A DNA stretch of 60,319 nucleotides, filler included, from Hausera hauseri (Eukaryota): NCBI GenBank assembly GCA_046269625.1. It is 11 parts of 11 records of this genome, joined end to end, with 100 filler letters (N's around TTAATTAATTAA, not from the genome) between each part and the next. Parts side by side here need not be neighbours in the genome. Positions count along the whole stretch, not along the records: positions 9,243 to 14,867 come from JBJURY010218632.1; positions 14,968 to 23,315 come from JBJURY010676550.1; positions 23,416 to 30,349 come from JBJURY010050552.1; 8 more parts are not named here. One strand, given 5' to 3'. Below are positions 13,404 to 28,057 of this stretch, piece after piece. The notes under the pieces are model-generated. The model worked only from the letters and a program-made list of their open reading frames with translations, did no database searches and was not told where the DNA came from. The translations under genes and the position numbers were made by a program. Position 1 is the first letter of the stretch. Every line of letters starts with the position of its first letter.

Positions 13404-14867
13404 CTAGCCATTCAAACGTGTCAATGGACGACAGGACTCGTAACGTGGTTCTATGTTTTGTATCAAATATACCGGGCAGTTGTCCAATGGTTGAATCTGA
13501 TAATCTCCTTTATAAGGATAGTTAGAGAGTATCTTAGTTTCCTTGGAGACTATTACTGTTCTATTATTAATTTGCAATCGGGCTTCTCCTTGATTGGTAA
13601 TTATAGCACATGATGGATCCTTTCTTTTAATTCGAATATCAGTCCTTTTAAGGTAGACCTTATCAATGCCTCCCATACAAATCGATCCTTGTTCAGCAAT
13701 GTCTGCGAACTCTATTCTGTCAGTTTTCTTGTCTACAAACAGCTTATCCCATTTCTGAACGATACTTATGTCCATGCGCTGCAATACGGCCTCTGGAATT
13801 AAAGTAGTATTACATGTTATTTCAGATGAGGAGTATCCATCGCATTTATACAAAGGTCTACTTGGAAAAATGAAATATGGAGATCCTTGACGGTTAAGTT
13901 TAATCTGGTACTCTTGTCGTAAATTATTCAATTGTTGCAATAATGTATCTACTCTTTTCCATTGATCATCCGGCAAATTAAAATTCTGATCTACACTGAA
14001 CGTGCCAAAGATATCAGTTTCCTTCAATTGTATTTTTTTAGATAACCATGGCAATTCTATTTCAACTATAAGTTTCTTACAAAGTAGTTGTCTAAGGTTT
14101 TCGTAGCATTTTTCTTTCTCCATATATACATCTTCTAATTCAATTATTAGATCTTCGATCTTCTCTATTCTTATTCGATGAATTTTCGATTCCTGTTCTT
14201 GTTCGTTAGTTTTATCTATTGCTACTAAAGTTGAAAGTAAATTTTTAATTTTTTTGGTTTCTGGCCATAACATATATGGAAGTGTTACTTTGAATGTCTG
14301 GCACTTTTTGTTCTGCCTGATCCAATTGCTTTCTAGTTATGAAGGGTTTTTCCAGGATAGAACTATTGGTTGATGGTTCAGGTGTTAATTGATGGTGTTC
14401 TGCTATAGATTTTGCCATTAACAAACCCGTAAAGGCTGATTTAGTTTGTTCATTAAAAGTTACTGAACGACGAGGCGAGGCATTTCTTTCGTCGTTATTA
14501 CTTTTTCTATTATCTGACAAATTTCCTTTTTCTTTTGTAGGACTGCTACAAGATGGTGTTGCTGAATCCAATTTTCTCTCATTGAAATTTTCGGAATATT
14601 CTGGCGTCGAATTCCTATCGTACCTGTGTGGAGAAATATTCCTATTTGTTGATGTTTCATTTCGTCTAAAATTGTAATCTGATGACCAAGCATATATATC
14701 ATTATTACCATTTGGTCCGGGGGAAGGAGTTCGGTTTCGGTCTCTTGGAGGATATGGACTAGGATTTCTATTATATCTATCCGATTCTCGTCGAGGTGGA
14801 GTGTAGTCACGTCTTCTATCGTAATTTCCTAATCTTGAATCATTATAACTAATTCTATTATCATTTC
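13404..14867 (-). other. Unknown ORFs: Arg/Ser/Pro-rich segment (gag-tail-like) followed by a 289-aa ORF
   Basis: RRRDYTPPRRES..RNPSPYPPRDRNRTPSP..RNASPRRSVTFNE then ORF 14273-13404. No recognisable domain; retroelement origin is inferred only. Confidence 0.35.
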
Positions 14868-17800
14868 NNNNNNNNNNNNNNNNNNNNNNNNNNNNNNNNN
14901 NNNNNNNNNNNTTAATTAATTAANNNNNNNNNNNNNNNNNNNNNNNNNNNNNNNNNNNNNNNNNNNNACGGCTAATACTAGGCTTAGATAAAATACGGCA
15001 AAACTAGAATTCATATTTAAAACCTTGCTATCACTGCAAGAGTGGGAATATATGGGTGTGCATGACGACAAATGAGAACGAAGCATGAGGAGAGATTGAC
15101 AGCCGCACAACAAAGTGTCTTACGAGCCGGCACTCACTTACACGATACAAACAGCACGAAAGAGATACGGGGATACCCAAATCGAGAGAACGAGCTTAGC
15201 AAAGCGAATAGTGCAGACGTATTGTACATTGCGAAAATTCGACGAGCGGAGGTCGGTTGTTGACGTCTTGCTCGATGAGTTTGCGTTTTTCAATTTTGAT
15301 CGACGGCAGGAGCACCGAATCAGCCATCAAAATGGTACAAGAAAGCATAGCTAGATGTAGGGCTGAAGGTGAAAGACAGTGGCGCAGTCAGATCATGCTG
15401 CGATAGAACGAGCTGTATATAGCGCCTTTCAAGAGTGCCGGCCGTTAGAAGAGCGTATGCGTGCGCGCGCCTGGAACGCTATCGGAAGTTCTGTTCGGAC
15501 AGGCCCTGTAAGGCAACAATGGTTCGTATTCTGTTACTGTGAAAAGTATCTTTTGTCTTTATTCACATCCGGTTGCGGATTGCTCGAAGCAATTGTAGCG
15601 CAGAAAGAATCAACTCGAAAATATCTTCATTCCGACGCACAAGCTAAACAGCCACAACTAACAGACAATCCCATTTTCACCAACGAAGGTGAGGACAATC
15701 CACTCGACGGCGCGCATACGGTTCAGAAAGTTTTCATTACAAAACCACGTTGAGACTTCTGCAGTTAGGCTGTTTCTGTGGGCGCTCTCTGGTCAAAGAA
15801 GGATGAAAGCATGCACCAAAAAACTCAATACAACAGGATCGCCGAGATTCAATGGAACAGCCAAGGAACTTTGTTTGAAGGACAAACGAAGTCGATGACG
15901 GAAACGAATTATTCAGTAATGCAAGGGTCGTCTTTGACAGTAACTCTTGCTCACAATCAGGATAACGTTGCTTAGCATTTTATGTTTCTGGAGCGGCCTT
16001 TTTGACTGACATTGCGGTCGCAGAAGTCCATAATACGTTTGTATCTTCTGTGACTTTCTCGCCCGGAATGACGTCGGGCACGGCAGGGAAAAAAGGTAGC
16101 AGCATATTAAAGAACACTTAAAGCGATGTGAGTCATTGACTGGACTCTGTCTGCTATATTTTTTGAGACACCTAACTTGATCAAATAGGATGCGAGCCAC
16201 AATCTCAGTAAGGCGACGAAAATGCGAAAATAACGGATGCAGTCTATGAAGGAAAAATTAACATTCCTTAATTTAATGCAGGAGAAATTCCTGCCTTTTT
16301 TATGCGGTGAACATGGACAGCGAATTCTGCACCCAATTACTAGTTTTCATGAGAGAACGAGACGCACCACAAGCGAGAAAACGGCAATCTTCCGTTTCTG
16401 TTTTTGTTCGTGCGTCTTTTAGACCATAGTTGCGTGGCGTAACTTTTTGCACGCATGCTGTATTGCTAAATAGGTGTTCAGCATCACCTACAGTAAGTGT
16501 TCAGTCCGTTAGTTGAAGCATCGGGAAGCGCAAAGGAGCTCGTCCGAATTTTGTGCTAAACAATCTGCCGCATTTGTGAAGTCTCCTCTTTTGTAGAAAG
16601 CTTGGCATTTGATTCTTTCGTCCCGTTTCATCTCGTGAAGTGCTGTTGTCCACTGTTCCTCAACAACTTCTCAGCAATCTTGGGAATTGAGATTGAAATG
16701 ACTATTAACATGGTCGCCGCGTTGTCCGGCATCTATTGAGTATTTGTTCTTTATCTGTTGTTTGCAGCGTCACCGCTGAACCAGCAAGGGTAGTTCTGTA
16801 AACTGTCTCGCTTTGCTTTTTAGAGTGTTTGAATGCCTATAGACATGCTTGTTTGGCCTTCACATTTCTTGCGGCTAGCAAAAGTGACTTGTAATGCCGT
16901 TTTTCCCCGGTGTCAGCGTTATTATATCAATTTACTTGAGAATTTCCTCAATAAAATAACAAAAGCCTGAAAGCCAGCAATTTAATTTGAGAATCGCTCG
17001 ACACATTGAGAGTTTGTGGGTGTTAATGATGAGGTTGCAGTTCAAAATAAAAGTAAAAGTAACGAGGGTATGGATCGCGTGCAGCATTGCCGAATTGCCG
17101 TTGCTCGGCTTGAAGGATCGTCTTTATAGAACGCTGGTTTTGTGGGGGCTTTCTTTTCTCAAGAGCATAAATGAGTTTTGACTGGAGACTGTTGTCAAAA
17201 AGGGGCTAAAATGGAACAATGTGAGCGCACGGCTTGTTCATTGACATGATTTGCTGCCGCCGCGCACGCATACAGAGTTCATTGTCAATTCCGCACTGTT
17301 CGACTAAATCTCTGCTGTACAGGTTGCCGTGCACCACTACCGGGATGCTATGTTTCAATTTCTCTTTAAACACCGTGTGTCATCAGTAAAGCGTTCTCAT
17401 TCCAGTCGGAGAAACGATATTCATGCCATACAAAGCTGTGCTTTATTTTCTCCAGAGTTTTCCAACAAATTGTCCGTTGCTTGTTCGACAGATTTGTTAA
17501 AGCGATGCGTCATGCTTGGTAACGCAGCCGGGTGACAAAGAATGTTTTACGGCCTCTGTTTTTGCTGCCGCTTTCATTCTGGAGTGTAAGAAATATTGAT
17601 TCATATGGCGGCGTGCGTCGTTGAAAAGTCATTTGACAGTTCTCCTGTGAAAATTTGGGTATTGTTGACGGGAGGCTGTGTTGTCTTTTGGAAACCATGA
17701 TGCAGAGAGCAAGCTAATACATAAGCATCTCTCACAATAACAGCGCTTTCAAATGACAGCAGTTGCTTAGACAATCATTCAATGTCATTTTTCAAACAAT

Positions 17801-20800
17801 CGTCTGCCAACTTTCATCATTGATTGTAGCTTTATACCAATTTGAATGCCAAATGTGTCGCCAGCAAGAGTTTCTGACATGCTGAGTTAGCTGTTGCGCG
17901 ACAAACTGCCATCCATTAGACTGAAGTAATCAGCAGCGCTTGCCAGATTGGTGTTTTTACTTGTGACGTGAAGGGCAGTTTGGTATTGTCAAAACCTAGA
18001 CGGGACACGTGAAAAATACGTTAAATTATCTTTGATTGCAGTTTAGTCATAATGCTGCGCCTTCGGGATAGAGGCACAGCCAAATCAGGATTCACTTTTA
18101 GTCGAAAATCATCGCATCACTACGAAGAGCTCCTGCGGTTTTCATAAGCGGCAGTGCATGAGCAAGCTCTTTGGGCACAGACAAAGGATGCCCGAAAGGC
18201 GCAACTGACTGACACTATTTACTCTACCAATAAGTATCGCAGTTGAAACGCTGTTGCTGAAAACGGGACAGCTGAGAAAGAGACACATTCTTTTTTTTTT
18301 TGTACTTGTATCATTTTTTTTGTCTCTTCATTAGTCGGAGGCGCATCTGGCGAATCAAGGATCGCGAGCAAAGAGAACAATTGGAAAAATGACTATTTAG
18401 TCTGCTTCTGCAAATTGTCGCCAAAGGGGAGAGTGCGTCGGCTCTTTTGATACCGGACCGTTCGCGCGATCGATTGCCATTCCTTCTGCGATACAATATA
18501 TCAGCGGTGCTGGGTTGATACAGATACGCTCCTTATGACGGATTCCGCTTGCACACTTCTCCCAAACAAATTCGCGTCAATAGAATGGCTGCTTCTACTT
18601 GTCATAGCTGTTTGACAATATCATTTCACTCTACAATTGCTTGGAGGGCTGTGTGGAATTTTTCTCCGTACAGTCGCTGCTGGGTGAATGAATGCCCAAC
18701 GGTTGCAGTTAACAAAAAGCTCCTAGAACTCTGGATGAATCATTCAGACAACCACGCTGATTGAATTTGTCTCTGTTTGACTGAGGCTCGTGTGTTCATG
18801 AAAGGGATGCTAAGAAGCAGCGGCTCACTATACGTCCAGGAGCGCGTGTTATCTTCGTGGTTCAGACAAACCGGAAACTCTTTAGCCATGCAGGGTTTGT
18901 TCCCTTGCTCTGCTGTTTGAAACAGTGAGCGAAAGAAACAAATATTTCAGCACATAATTCTTTTTTGTCCTATTTTGTGTTGCATGGCGGATCGGAATTG
19001 AGCATATTACAGGAGAACACTCTGCGCGGTCTGCTCTGAGCGGCAATTGAGTACCAGCGGCAACACTACAGTTGCCATTGTCCCCATTTAAGCTTATTCG
19101 ATTAATTTTCCGGTCGTTCTCAAGAGTCTGTATTGTTTACAGCGAGTGCTGCGAAGAGCTTGCCAGCGCCAGAGATAACGGATACTTCCGACACGTTCCT
19201 CCTGAATTGTGAGTTATTTGAAAGCACAGTGATGAATATTCATAGAGCACAGAGCACACAGATTTGTCAGCCGCACGAGGTACAATGCTTCACTGTTTCT
19301 TGCCAGCATCTCGTATTTCTGGAAGCTGTCTAGGCGGCGATGTTGCAGACGAGCATTTCCCTCTCTTAGTGCAAAGTTCCATCTCTTCACTGCCGTTCTG
19401 CCCCACATATGCCTAGTAGATATTTTGAATTAACATTGAAGAACTTTCTATTAAGCCACAAACTGTGTTCGAACATGTCGGGTTCTGGACGGATCGTTGC
19501 ATTCATCTTTGCTGCGCGCCGCTTAGAATTAAACTCGAATGGATCATATACTCGGGCTTCTGTGACATGATGTCTGTTCAGCACCGTGATGCTCTGCGAC
19601 CCAAAAAATCAATCAATTGACGCAAATATTTCGACAATGCTGTTTTGGAAGCGAGGGGTCGATGACACAGCTTTAAAGCCTCTCCAGAGAGTATGTTACC
19701 TGCCTTTGCACCGGCAGTGCCGAGCCTCAGTATATCGAACGATATGTGGGAGAATGGGTGTATGTAAGAAAGACTGACAAACCAGTGCAGCAAGAGAAAT
19801 AGATATCACAAGTTTCCATGAGTCAAGCGCCCTGTTGCAATCTCGCTTCATCTGCCAGTCCCCATCATACCATATGCTGTTCTTTTTCAGATCGCCCAGC
19901 AGCTTTCGACAGAGAACGGCTATAACAACCACCTGCTGTTTGGAGTGCCGTTGTTTTACTTTGCTTTTTCCTTCTGAGTAGCTCAAGCGTTCGCAAACAT
20001 GTTGAAACCTGCCTCTGTCTTCTGCCCGAATGCTGTCATCTCTCATCACGGTTCTCAGCGCATGCTCACTAGAGAACACAGTTGACCAGAAAGAGAGCCC
20101 AGAACGCATTGTTGACAAGCTGTTTTAGAATGAATACCAACGTGTTCACAGCGCCCAGACACAGATGATAACATCTATACAGTCGGGCGCCGTGGAGGGT
20201 AGAGCCGGTTTTCGGCGAATAGGCTACGGAACGATTTGTGGACAGATTTTGAGGCATATCGATCCACACGCTTATACAATATTGTTTGAAAATAGAACAC
20301 AACGCGTCAGCAATTTGCTTGCTATTGATTGGAGGCATCTCTATTGCGTGTGACGGCTTTCCAAACGTTTGGCACTCAAGACGGACAAACTCCTAGGATG
20401 CCTGGTACATTTTCGCTTTCCCAGGGCCTGGTGATGGAACTAACAGAATGGTGCGCGCCACCACGCAACAACTAGCAACGGCACCCGTGGAGGCCGGATG
20501 ATGCGACTGCAACAGAACGCGCACAGCACAGATAGAGGAGGCGGTCGGCACGATACACAGCGGTAAATTTTTTTTAGTATGTGTGCAAATATGCACTTTG
20601 GATGTGCAAATACAGGTTTATTGTCTTAAATAAGCAAGGAATAACATGCGTCGTCAATAGAAGCAGTAATAAAGAGAACCCTAAGACTACTTATTTTCTT
20701 GTCCAATTCGTTTGTTAATCACTACACTACTGTTTGCGTTCAACATACGTTATCCACATAATCCATTTTGTTGAGCATTACAACAAGTACTTCTGATACT

Positions 20801-23800
20801 AAACTCAGAACTACTAACGACGCATGGCTGTATAACCGACAAAACAAAAATGAGAAACCAACGCTGTTAGACAACCGCCAGCGTGGAAAAAATCGCTCCC
20901 TCCCCCCATACAAACAATAGAGCAGTATGCGCAAGAGAATGTGCAGCATAATGCGACTTCCCGACGAAAATCCGGGAGGCGAGGGGAGATGAATAATGCA
21001 TTGAAAATGTTCAGAACACAGCCAACACAGATTGTCTGTTTAGAGTTTCTCAGTAGCTGCGGATCTTCCGCGTCGCTTCGTTCACTGGCAGCATTTGTAA
21101 ATAGATAGAAGTAGAGTTCTATTACACAATTTTAGGTGGTGACGAGACTTTCCTCAAAATCATACCATGTAAATCACCATATTAATTACAAAGGCCATCA
21201 TGATAAAGAGCGACGCAGGGGCCTAAGATCTTCAAAAGTCGTAGTCTTGGTCAAAGAATGAGTTTCATCATACAGCATGCCGACATTACAATGATGCAGC
21301 TACACAGGTTAGAACTTGTAAACATATTCACGTCAGCCAAACGCGGTTATCGTTTCACAACAACATACACAGATAATGGGCGACACCAATGCACTCATGC
21401 ATCAGTTATTTTGCATTAACAGTGTTCCGAGAAATTCACTTACCTGTTTGTTTCACAAATATTTGGTTGAAATGGTTGTGTCAACAATTATCCCACACTA
21501 TCACCGCTTGTGCAGAAGATGTTTCTTCAATGCCGACGCGCTGCCACTGAGTTCTAGCACCGGTCTTCTTTCTCCCTATTCGAATCAAACGACCGGCGTT
21601 CCAAATAGAACAGACGACTGCTGCATTACCTGACGGATCGACCGGAAGACAGACGTTTAATGCCAACAGATTGCAATATTCAACGCAAGGTCTGCATTCT
21701 TGTGCGTCAAAACTCTGAAATAAATAGATGAAGAAAATAGCAATGTTTATCTTTTCAACGAGCTACTACGGCATAATATAAACGGTTTCCTTATACATGA
21801 CATCATTGGAGGGATTTTTCTCAGATAAGTACGGAAAACAATAAACTTTTTAAATATGCTGCTCACGGCCTGCGGACAGCGAAACAGAATGAAACCAATT
21901 GGGGCTAGAGGGCGATATGCCGGCACACCGGCCGGAAATGGTGGGGAAGCCTGAAAATGGTAACGAATAATGTCCTCAGTTGCATTTTCTTCAGGATACT
22001 TTAGATGGTGTGTTGGTTTTCATTTTAAGCTGAATGGTCACAATAGCGCATTACACGGAAGCACTTGTGCATAAGAACAGAATGCAGAAAACCGCTTCCA
22101 AAGAGTCTGCCAGCCGAAGCCAGCAGGAGACTAGATACAAACACAGCAACAACAATAGGCGCTCACCGCCTTTATGAGATGTAATGAAGTTCAGTTCTCC
22201 TCCAATCTGTTGTGGAGCGTCTGCCGGACTGGCCGCGAATAATTAACTGATAACAAACAAACAGCTCCGGCATTTCGTAATTTCGCATGTGTCGTTCTCT
22301 CTGAAAGCAAAAATGATAAATGTTCATTTGTCGAGTCTGGGTGTACATATACAGAAACCAGAGGTTCCGCACTCAGTATTTGAGAAAGAGCGGTAAACAT
22401 AACTTGTTATCATTGTTTATTGCTACAGACTGCGGCCCGTGTGAGTCGTTTCAGATGGGGCGAGTTCCTGAATGCCAGTCATGATTTATATTTCCGTTTC
22501 TTGACTACATTCCGTAGACGAGAATTCTGGCATCACGGGAAGGAATGCCCGGCATTCCGCGGGTCAGCGCATGGAAGTTTGTGTCTATGTAACCAATAGA
22601 TGTGCTATCACTACAGACTGTTCTTTATGCGTCAACGCGCGTCGTGTTGAACATATGTGCCCGAGCATCGTCAAAACCAATTTGATCAATTATCGGAGAC
22701 AACTCGTGCCGCGTTCTGGTATTGTTGCTACGAGGCGTTTCTATAGAAGAGAAAAAACCTGAATGAGCGCCCGTAATTACACGGAGCATCATTTGTATGA
22801 GCTAGACACACATTTCCATTCACAACATCGAATACTGAAGTATTCCGTTTGCGGACCGCTCTTGAGTCTCCCGCGGCGGACGATGCGACAGTATCAGACA
22901 CAACAACCTACGCCATCAGAAATAATTCCTCCGGATGCGTGCTATAGTGTAAAATGTCCTTCAGAATCCAGATCCTTTGCTGAAAAATGGAATTGTCAAA
23001 GATCGTTCAAAATGCGGTTGTGCAGTCAGGGAATATGCGGGATATCGTAATTACAACTTACTCCCAATATGAAAAATAAATACAAGAAGCGGCAGCAGAA
23101 ACAAGAGACGTATGTTGGAAGAGAATACAACAACCTATATGAAACACAAAAAATGTCTTTATTGCAAACAAAAAAATTAGTTACTGAACAGGCGAACTGA
23201 ACCAGCATAAGTAAGGAAGCAGTTGTATCCAGGGTTGGTAGTCTGTCTCCTCCTTTATAGATGATATTTCAGCTTCTTTTGTGTTGCCCCTTTAATCTGT
23301 CATTTTTATTAAACANNNNNNNNNNNNNNNNNNNNNNNNNNNNNNNNNNNNNNNNNNNNTTAATTAATTAANNNNNNNNNNNNNNNNNNNNNNNNNNNNN
23401 NNNNNNNNNNNNNNNCGAAGAGGTAAAGTAGTTCAATTTTCAATTCCTAAGGTATCACATGGAGAATACAAAGTTATTTAATGGCACCTTTCCAGAATTG
23501 CGAATATGTGCATATGAATGTAGCAAATTGGTAGCTACACAAAAGAATATTACATGCATTTATCGTGAACATTGTTCACATAACGCTTATAAAAAGTGTT
23601 CAGCGTTATGTCAAAGTTATATTGTTACTAAATAAATGTGTTATGAAAAATAGTTTGGTTTTATAAAACTTAAGGTATATTGAAAAACAACATGTATTGA
23701 CCAACAATCACATAATAATAGTATCATCACTCTCACTGTCACTGTCAGGTTATGTGTCTGGTAAGAATTCATGTAGTGTCTTTATCAGGCACACTACCCA

Positions 23801-23829
23801 TGTTACATACAGGCACTGGTCTTCAGCAT

Positions 23830-23990
23830 CCTGGACTACCACATACTCCCACTTTGTTCTACATAGCGGATAAAACATTTTACTGCTTAGCCATTTCTGC
23901 AGGCAGCCTGTACTGAAAGTATGTGTATCGCATATCACCAATCTCACTGTTTTATCCTACATCAGCTCCCAACAGATCGGAAAAGTTTTC
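23830..23990 (-). pseudogene. RING-finger (RING-H2-like) E3 ligase remnant
   Basis: FPICWELM*DKTVRLVICDTHTFSTGCLQKWLSSKMFYPLCRTKWEY fits the RING spacing with decayed ligands. Confidence 0.6.
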
Positions 23991-24232
23991 AAGATTTTGA
24001 AATAATGCAAGATTAATGCAAGTAAATGTTGCACTGTATTGAATATTCAAATTTATTCATTTTATGGATCTAAGTTTTAGTTGGTCTTTTCCTATATAGT
24101 AGTTACTTAGTTTTACTTGTACTTATCCTATATCCCACATTACTTGATCAAAAACTCAAGACAGTTATTATAACAAATATTTATTGGTATCAAAATACAA
24201 CACGTGTCTAATAAGTACAACAATATTCATAT

Positions 24233-27200
24233 TTACATTAATGCAGCATGTCCATGAGGAAATGTGCTGATTCCGTCTTCAAGAATGTGTCTTTTGTCAT
24301 AAAACCAATTAAGACTTTTCTTCCACAGTGCAACCGTGGCAATCTGATATTCCCGGGACTGGATCCTCTTCATCTCGCTGACTATGTGATGTTGTTCCCG
24401 CAACACTCTCTCAAAATCTGCAAAGTTTATTTCTTTAGCTAATGTGGTCCTTGGCTCGCTTCTTTCCCTGACCACTTACATCGGTGGCGTATATTTTTAT
24501 CTCAACGCCACGAAACGGGTGATGATCTTCCCATTCACCTCATCTTTAAACTTCCCGAGGACCTTCTTGTTGGCGGTTGAATAATTTGGATGATCCTTCA
24601 GATAGTCCGAGTTATCCATATACTACGCCAATTTTGCAAACTTTTCAGAAACATCATATGTGTGGATCTGGTACATGAAACTGTCCGTGTCCATGCACAT
24701 TAGCTGGAGCTCCTTGAATGTGGAGACCATGATGTTGTAATAAATGTTATACATCAAGGTCTTGGATAGATCAAATATAGACATGCCCATATGTATAGGC
24801 ATGTTGAACTCAAGTGATGTCTTGAGCATGTGTATGCTCACCAAATTCTCCGTGTAGACTGTGATACTGTGGAAGTTGGGCTTAGCGATGAGTTTCTTTG
24901 CCCTCTTCCAGTCACATAACAGCTCGATGTTTATCCGGTTGCGGATGTTCTCCATAGTTTTGCCAAAGACCGAGTTGTTATACAGCTTGAATTGGTCTTT
25001 CTCAAACTCGTTCTTGGCATTGGCCGTCAACTGGGTATTGAAGTCTATGTATGGATTCAGCCATATGGGCTGGATGAACTACAAGTTCCGATGAATGCTA
25101 ATGACTGGCAGTCCATTTTTGATGGCCTGTTGGAGATTTATGTAGTGGGCTACATACCTCGCCCTATTTTCGAGGTGGCAGAGCAGCTTCTTATGCTTGC
25201 AATTAGGCGGTCTCTTGCTCTTCGGCAGAAAAGGCAGCTACTCATGCCTTGTGTGGATACTATGTGCGTATTCCACGTCCACTTGCAGTATGTAACTCGT
25301 ATTTCCATTGGGATCCATACCTTCAATATCCAGGACTTGCGGCTGCTCCATACATTGAAAGTTATCAGAGGGCAATGGGTTGCTCATTGCTTATCCATGC
25401 AAGTTTTTGGCGTCCAGGTATAAAATATCTGAGGATTCCTTGGATGGATCACAATCTGCCATCTATTTGTTCTTGGCCTCACTGTACCTAAGAATGACCT
25501 GGCAGATTCCGCCTCTAATGCCGCTCTCAACCATGAGGACCATATTGTAATCCTTCAAGATCTGGAGCCTTATGCCAGTATAGAGCAGCATCGCCGCCAA
25601 GCTCATTCCTGGAGCTGTAAAGAAATGGGCTGGATCTAACTTGTGGTTCTAAAGAGTCACATTACGGAAGTTTTCGAAGATATCTGTAAGCAACATCACG
25701 TTTGTGAGGAGATAGATATCACTATATTCCTCTATTGTCCTGCACTGGAAGGTCTGCCATATTCTTTGGGCGTGCTCATAGTCAGCATCTCCAATATGAC
25801 TGTATGACAACTGACTGTAGAAGTCCTCCTTGGCCGGTAATTCTTCTTCATCCAGTGCTTTCCATTACGTTATATAGTCATAGGGTAACACTCCTTTCCG
25901 GTTCACCAGGTCAAATGTATCCGGAAAGAACCTCTTCGCTTCCTTGAGCTCATCAGTGGGAAGGTTCTTCATGAGGCTGTCCAGTGACGAGCTCATGAAG
26001 CGGAACCTATCAACGAAGCGAAGTCTAATGCTGCCAACATGCTTTGTGAAGGTGATATACTTCTCCTCACTATTTGAAATCACATCAATGGTCCCCTCAA
26101 TATTGCCCAATTCTCGAACAATGAAGTGGGAATCGTAGCCAATAAGATTGTGGAATACCACTGGAACATATGTAAATGTTTTGCAGCGTAAGTCGGTATA
26201 TGCCTGTAAAATGGCAGTGATACCTGACTTTGTGATTTTCCCATGTGAATGGCCTTTGCATAAGTAGCATGTTGATGCTTTGCGACATTCACATTTTCTT
26301 GCTGCGATATCACCATGTAGCCCTTATGCTGTTGCAACATGTCTTCAAGTTTGTGGGCATACTGTTCCAAATGGTGCATAAAATGACCTGCTGCATTTAT
26401 ACCCATGTATAGGTAGGGTTCATTGTTCAGTCCTTTGTCATACATGTAGTACGATGAAAACTCATGTTACTCTCATGCTGTAGTACTGTTTTGCTGCAGA
26501 TTGAGGCTACAACTGTGAACTGGGCTAAGAATGGCCTCAAAGTCACAATATATGACAATTGGCACCTTCTGAATCTTCTCGAACTCCTTGAATTCCAGGT
26601 AAACCTCCTTGGGAATTCTGCTTGGATGCAATAGTTTGTATTGCAGTAAGTCTTGTGCTCCTCCAGCTTTTCTGCTGCTGTGTCTCCATTAAAATGGATA
26701 AAGCATCTTTGGCATATTTCTCACCTTGATTTATGCTGGGATATTTGGGATGCTACGAGGCCCTCAAAATTCTTGATCCATATGAAGTGCCTTCATTCTC
26801 CATTATATAGCAGGAGTATATCCCTATGATCCTCCAATTCCTACTTACCCACATGGCGGGGATAAAATTTGTCTTCCTCCAATCCGAAGATGTTGATGAA
26901 GATGTTGTTCACGCTTTCAAATTTCACGACTTCATCCAGGCTCGGCGGGAATAAAATACAGCTGAAGTCGTACGTGTGCTGTACTTTGTCATATATCCAA
27001 ACTCGGGAAGTATTATGTTGATCCTGGACTAGTTTTGACAAAATAGAATACATGAAGCACACTCTATCCTCATTATGGACATTGATGTATGCCTTTTTCT
27101 TAACTATCCATTCAGGAAGCTGTGTGTAGGAGCTGCCTCTCATGGGAGAATACTTGTGCACATGCATAAGTAACCCCTTTATTGTTGCTAAAGTCCAACA

Positions 27201-27467
27201 GCTCTTCTTGTCTTGACTTTCTTTGCCTTTGTGGATGAGCCTTGCATAGTCCTCTTTAATGAAATCCCTAATGTTAGAGGATTTCAATTGTGGCCTGTTC
27301 TTTGCCTTGAAGGCTCTACTAGACAGCTCTCCTTTCTCATTGGTGAAGGTGGCTTCCAATTTGAAGTTCACCTTAAAAGCCTTCAGTTCCAACACGTTGT
27401 CCTGAAGAATTCCTGCTGCCTCCTCCTTTGAATATTCCAGGAATTCATGGATCAATGTCTGCCCCAC
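24233..27467 (-). pseudogene. Protein-primed family B DNA polymerase (pPolB)
   Basis: GSSYTQLPEWI..K..INVHNED..CF, KVRYHCHFTG, VFHNLIGYDSHFI, RFVDRFRFMSSSLDSL, RKGVLPYDY, GIRGGI, LYLDAKNL, FKLYNNSVFGKTMENIRNR, MDTDSF, DKRHILEDGISTFPHGH. Many frameshifts. Confidence 0.93.
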
Positions 27468-27508
27468 TGTTGCTATGAAACATTGCTGTACTTTGCTCTT
27501 CAGTGCAG

Positions 27509-28057
27509 CTACATCAACTGGCCGTTTTCTTTGACTTTTGATGGAGCATCTGCTGCTACTTCTGATATGCGTTTTAGTCCTGCATCGGACCTTGCTGCTA
27601 AAGCAGTCTGTAGAACTGGCTGTGCTGCCAAAGCAGAATGCTGCTCATTAAATATGACCTTCTTTGACTTTGATTTGAAGTCAGTCAAATGATGTTTGTG
27701 AATTTCGTAATACTGCTTGTATTTTCCATCACACACAGCCTCGCATCCTGGGCAGATATAATTGATGATCCTATTGAATTTGCGTCAATAATAGCTCTTC
27801 ATGGTATTGTAGCAATTCTCAGGGTTGTGTATTACACATGTGCAATACACGTATGAACTGCATTTTTGATTTGCCTTTGGCGCGAAAGTCGTTATTGGCA
27901 CATTTGCACTGAATATTTGTTTTTTCGACTTGGTAAAGGAAATCAAGTGCTGTTTATGGACATTGTAAAAATCTTTATAATTGGATTGGCACACTACCTC
28001 ACATGTAGGGCATATATAATACTGAACCCTATTATATAGGTGGACAAAGTACTTCAT
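27509..28057 (-). pseudogene. Two tandem Zn-finger-like modules upstream of pPolB
   Basis: YICPTCEVVC..YKDFYNVHKQHL.SF.KSKKQIF and YICPGCEAVC..YKQYYEIHKHHLTDFKSKSKKVIF. Confidence 0.55.

Noticed and set aside
23041-23140. DIVITTYS...VCWKRI resembling a SNF2/RAD5 helicase motif
   Set aside because: No DEAH box or other motifs follow and stops intervene. Too short to support.
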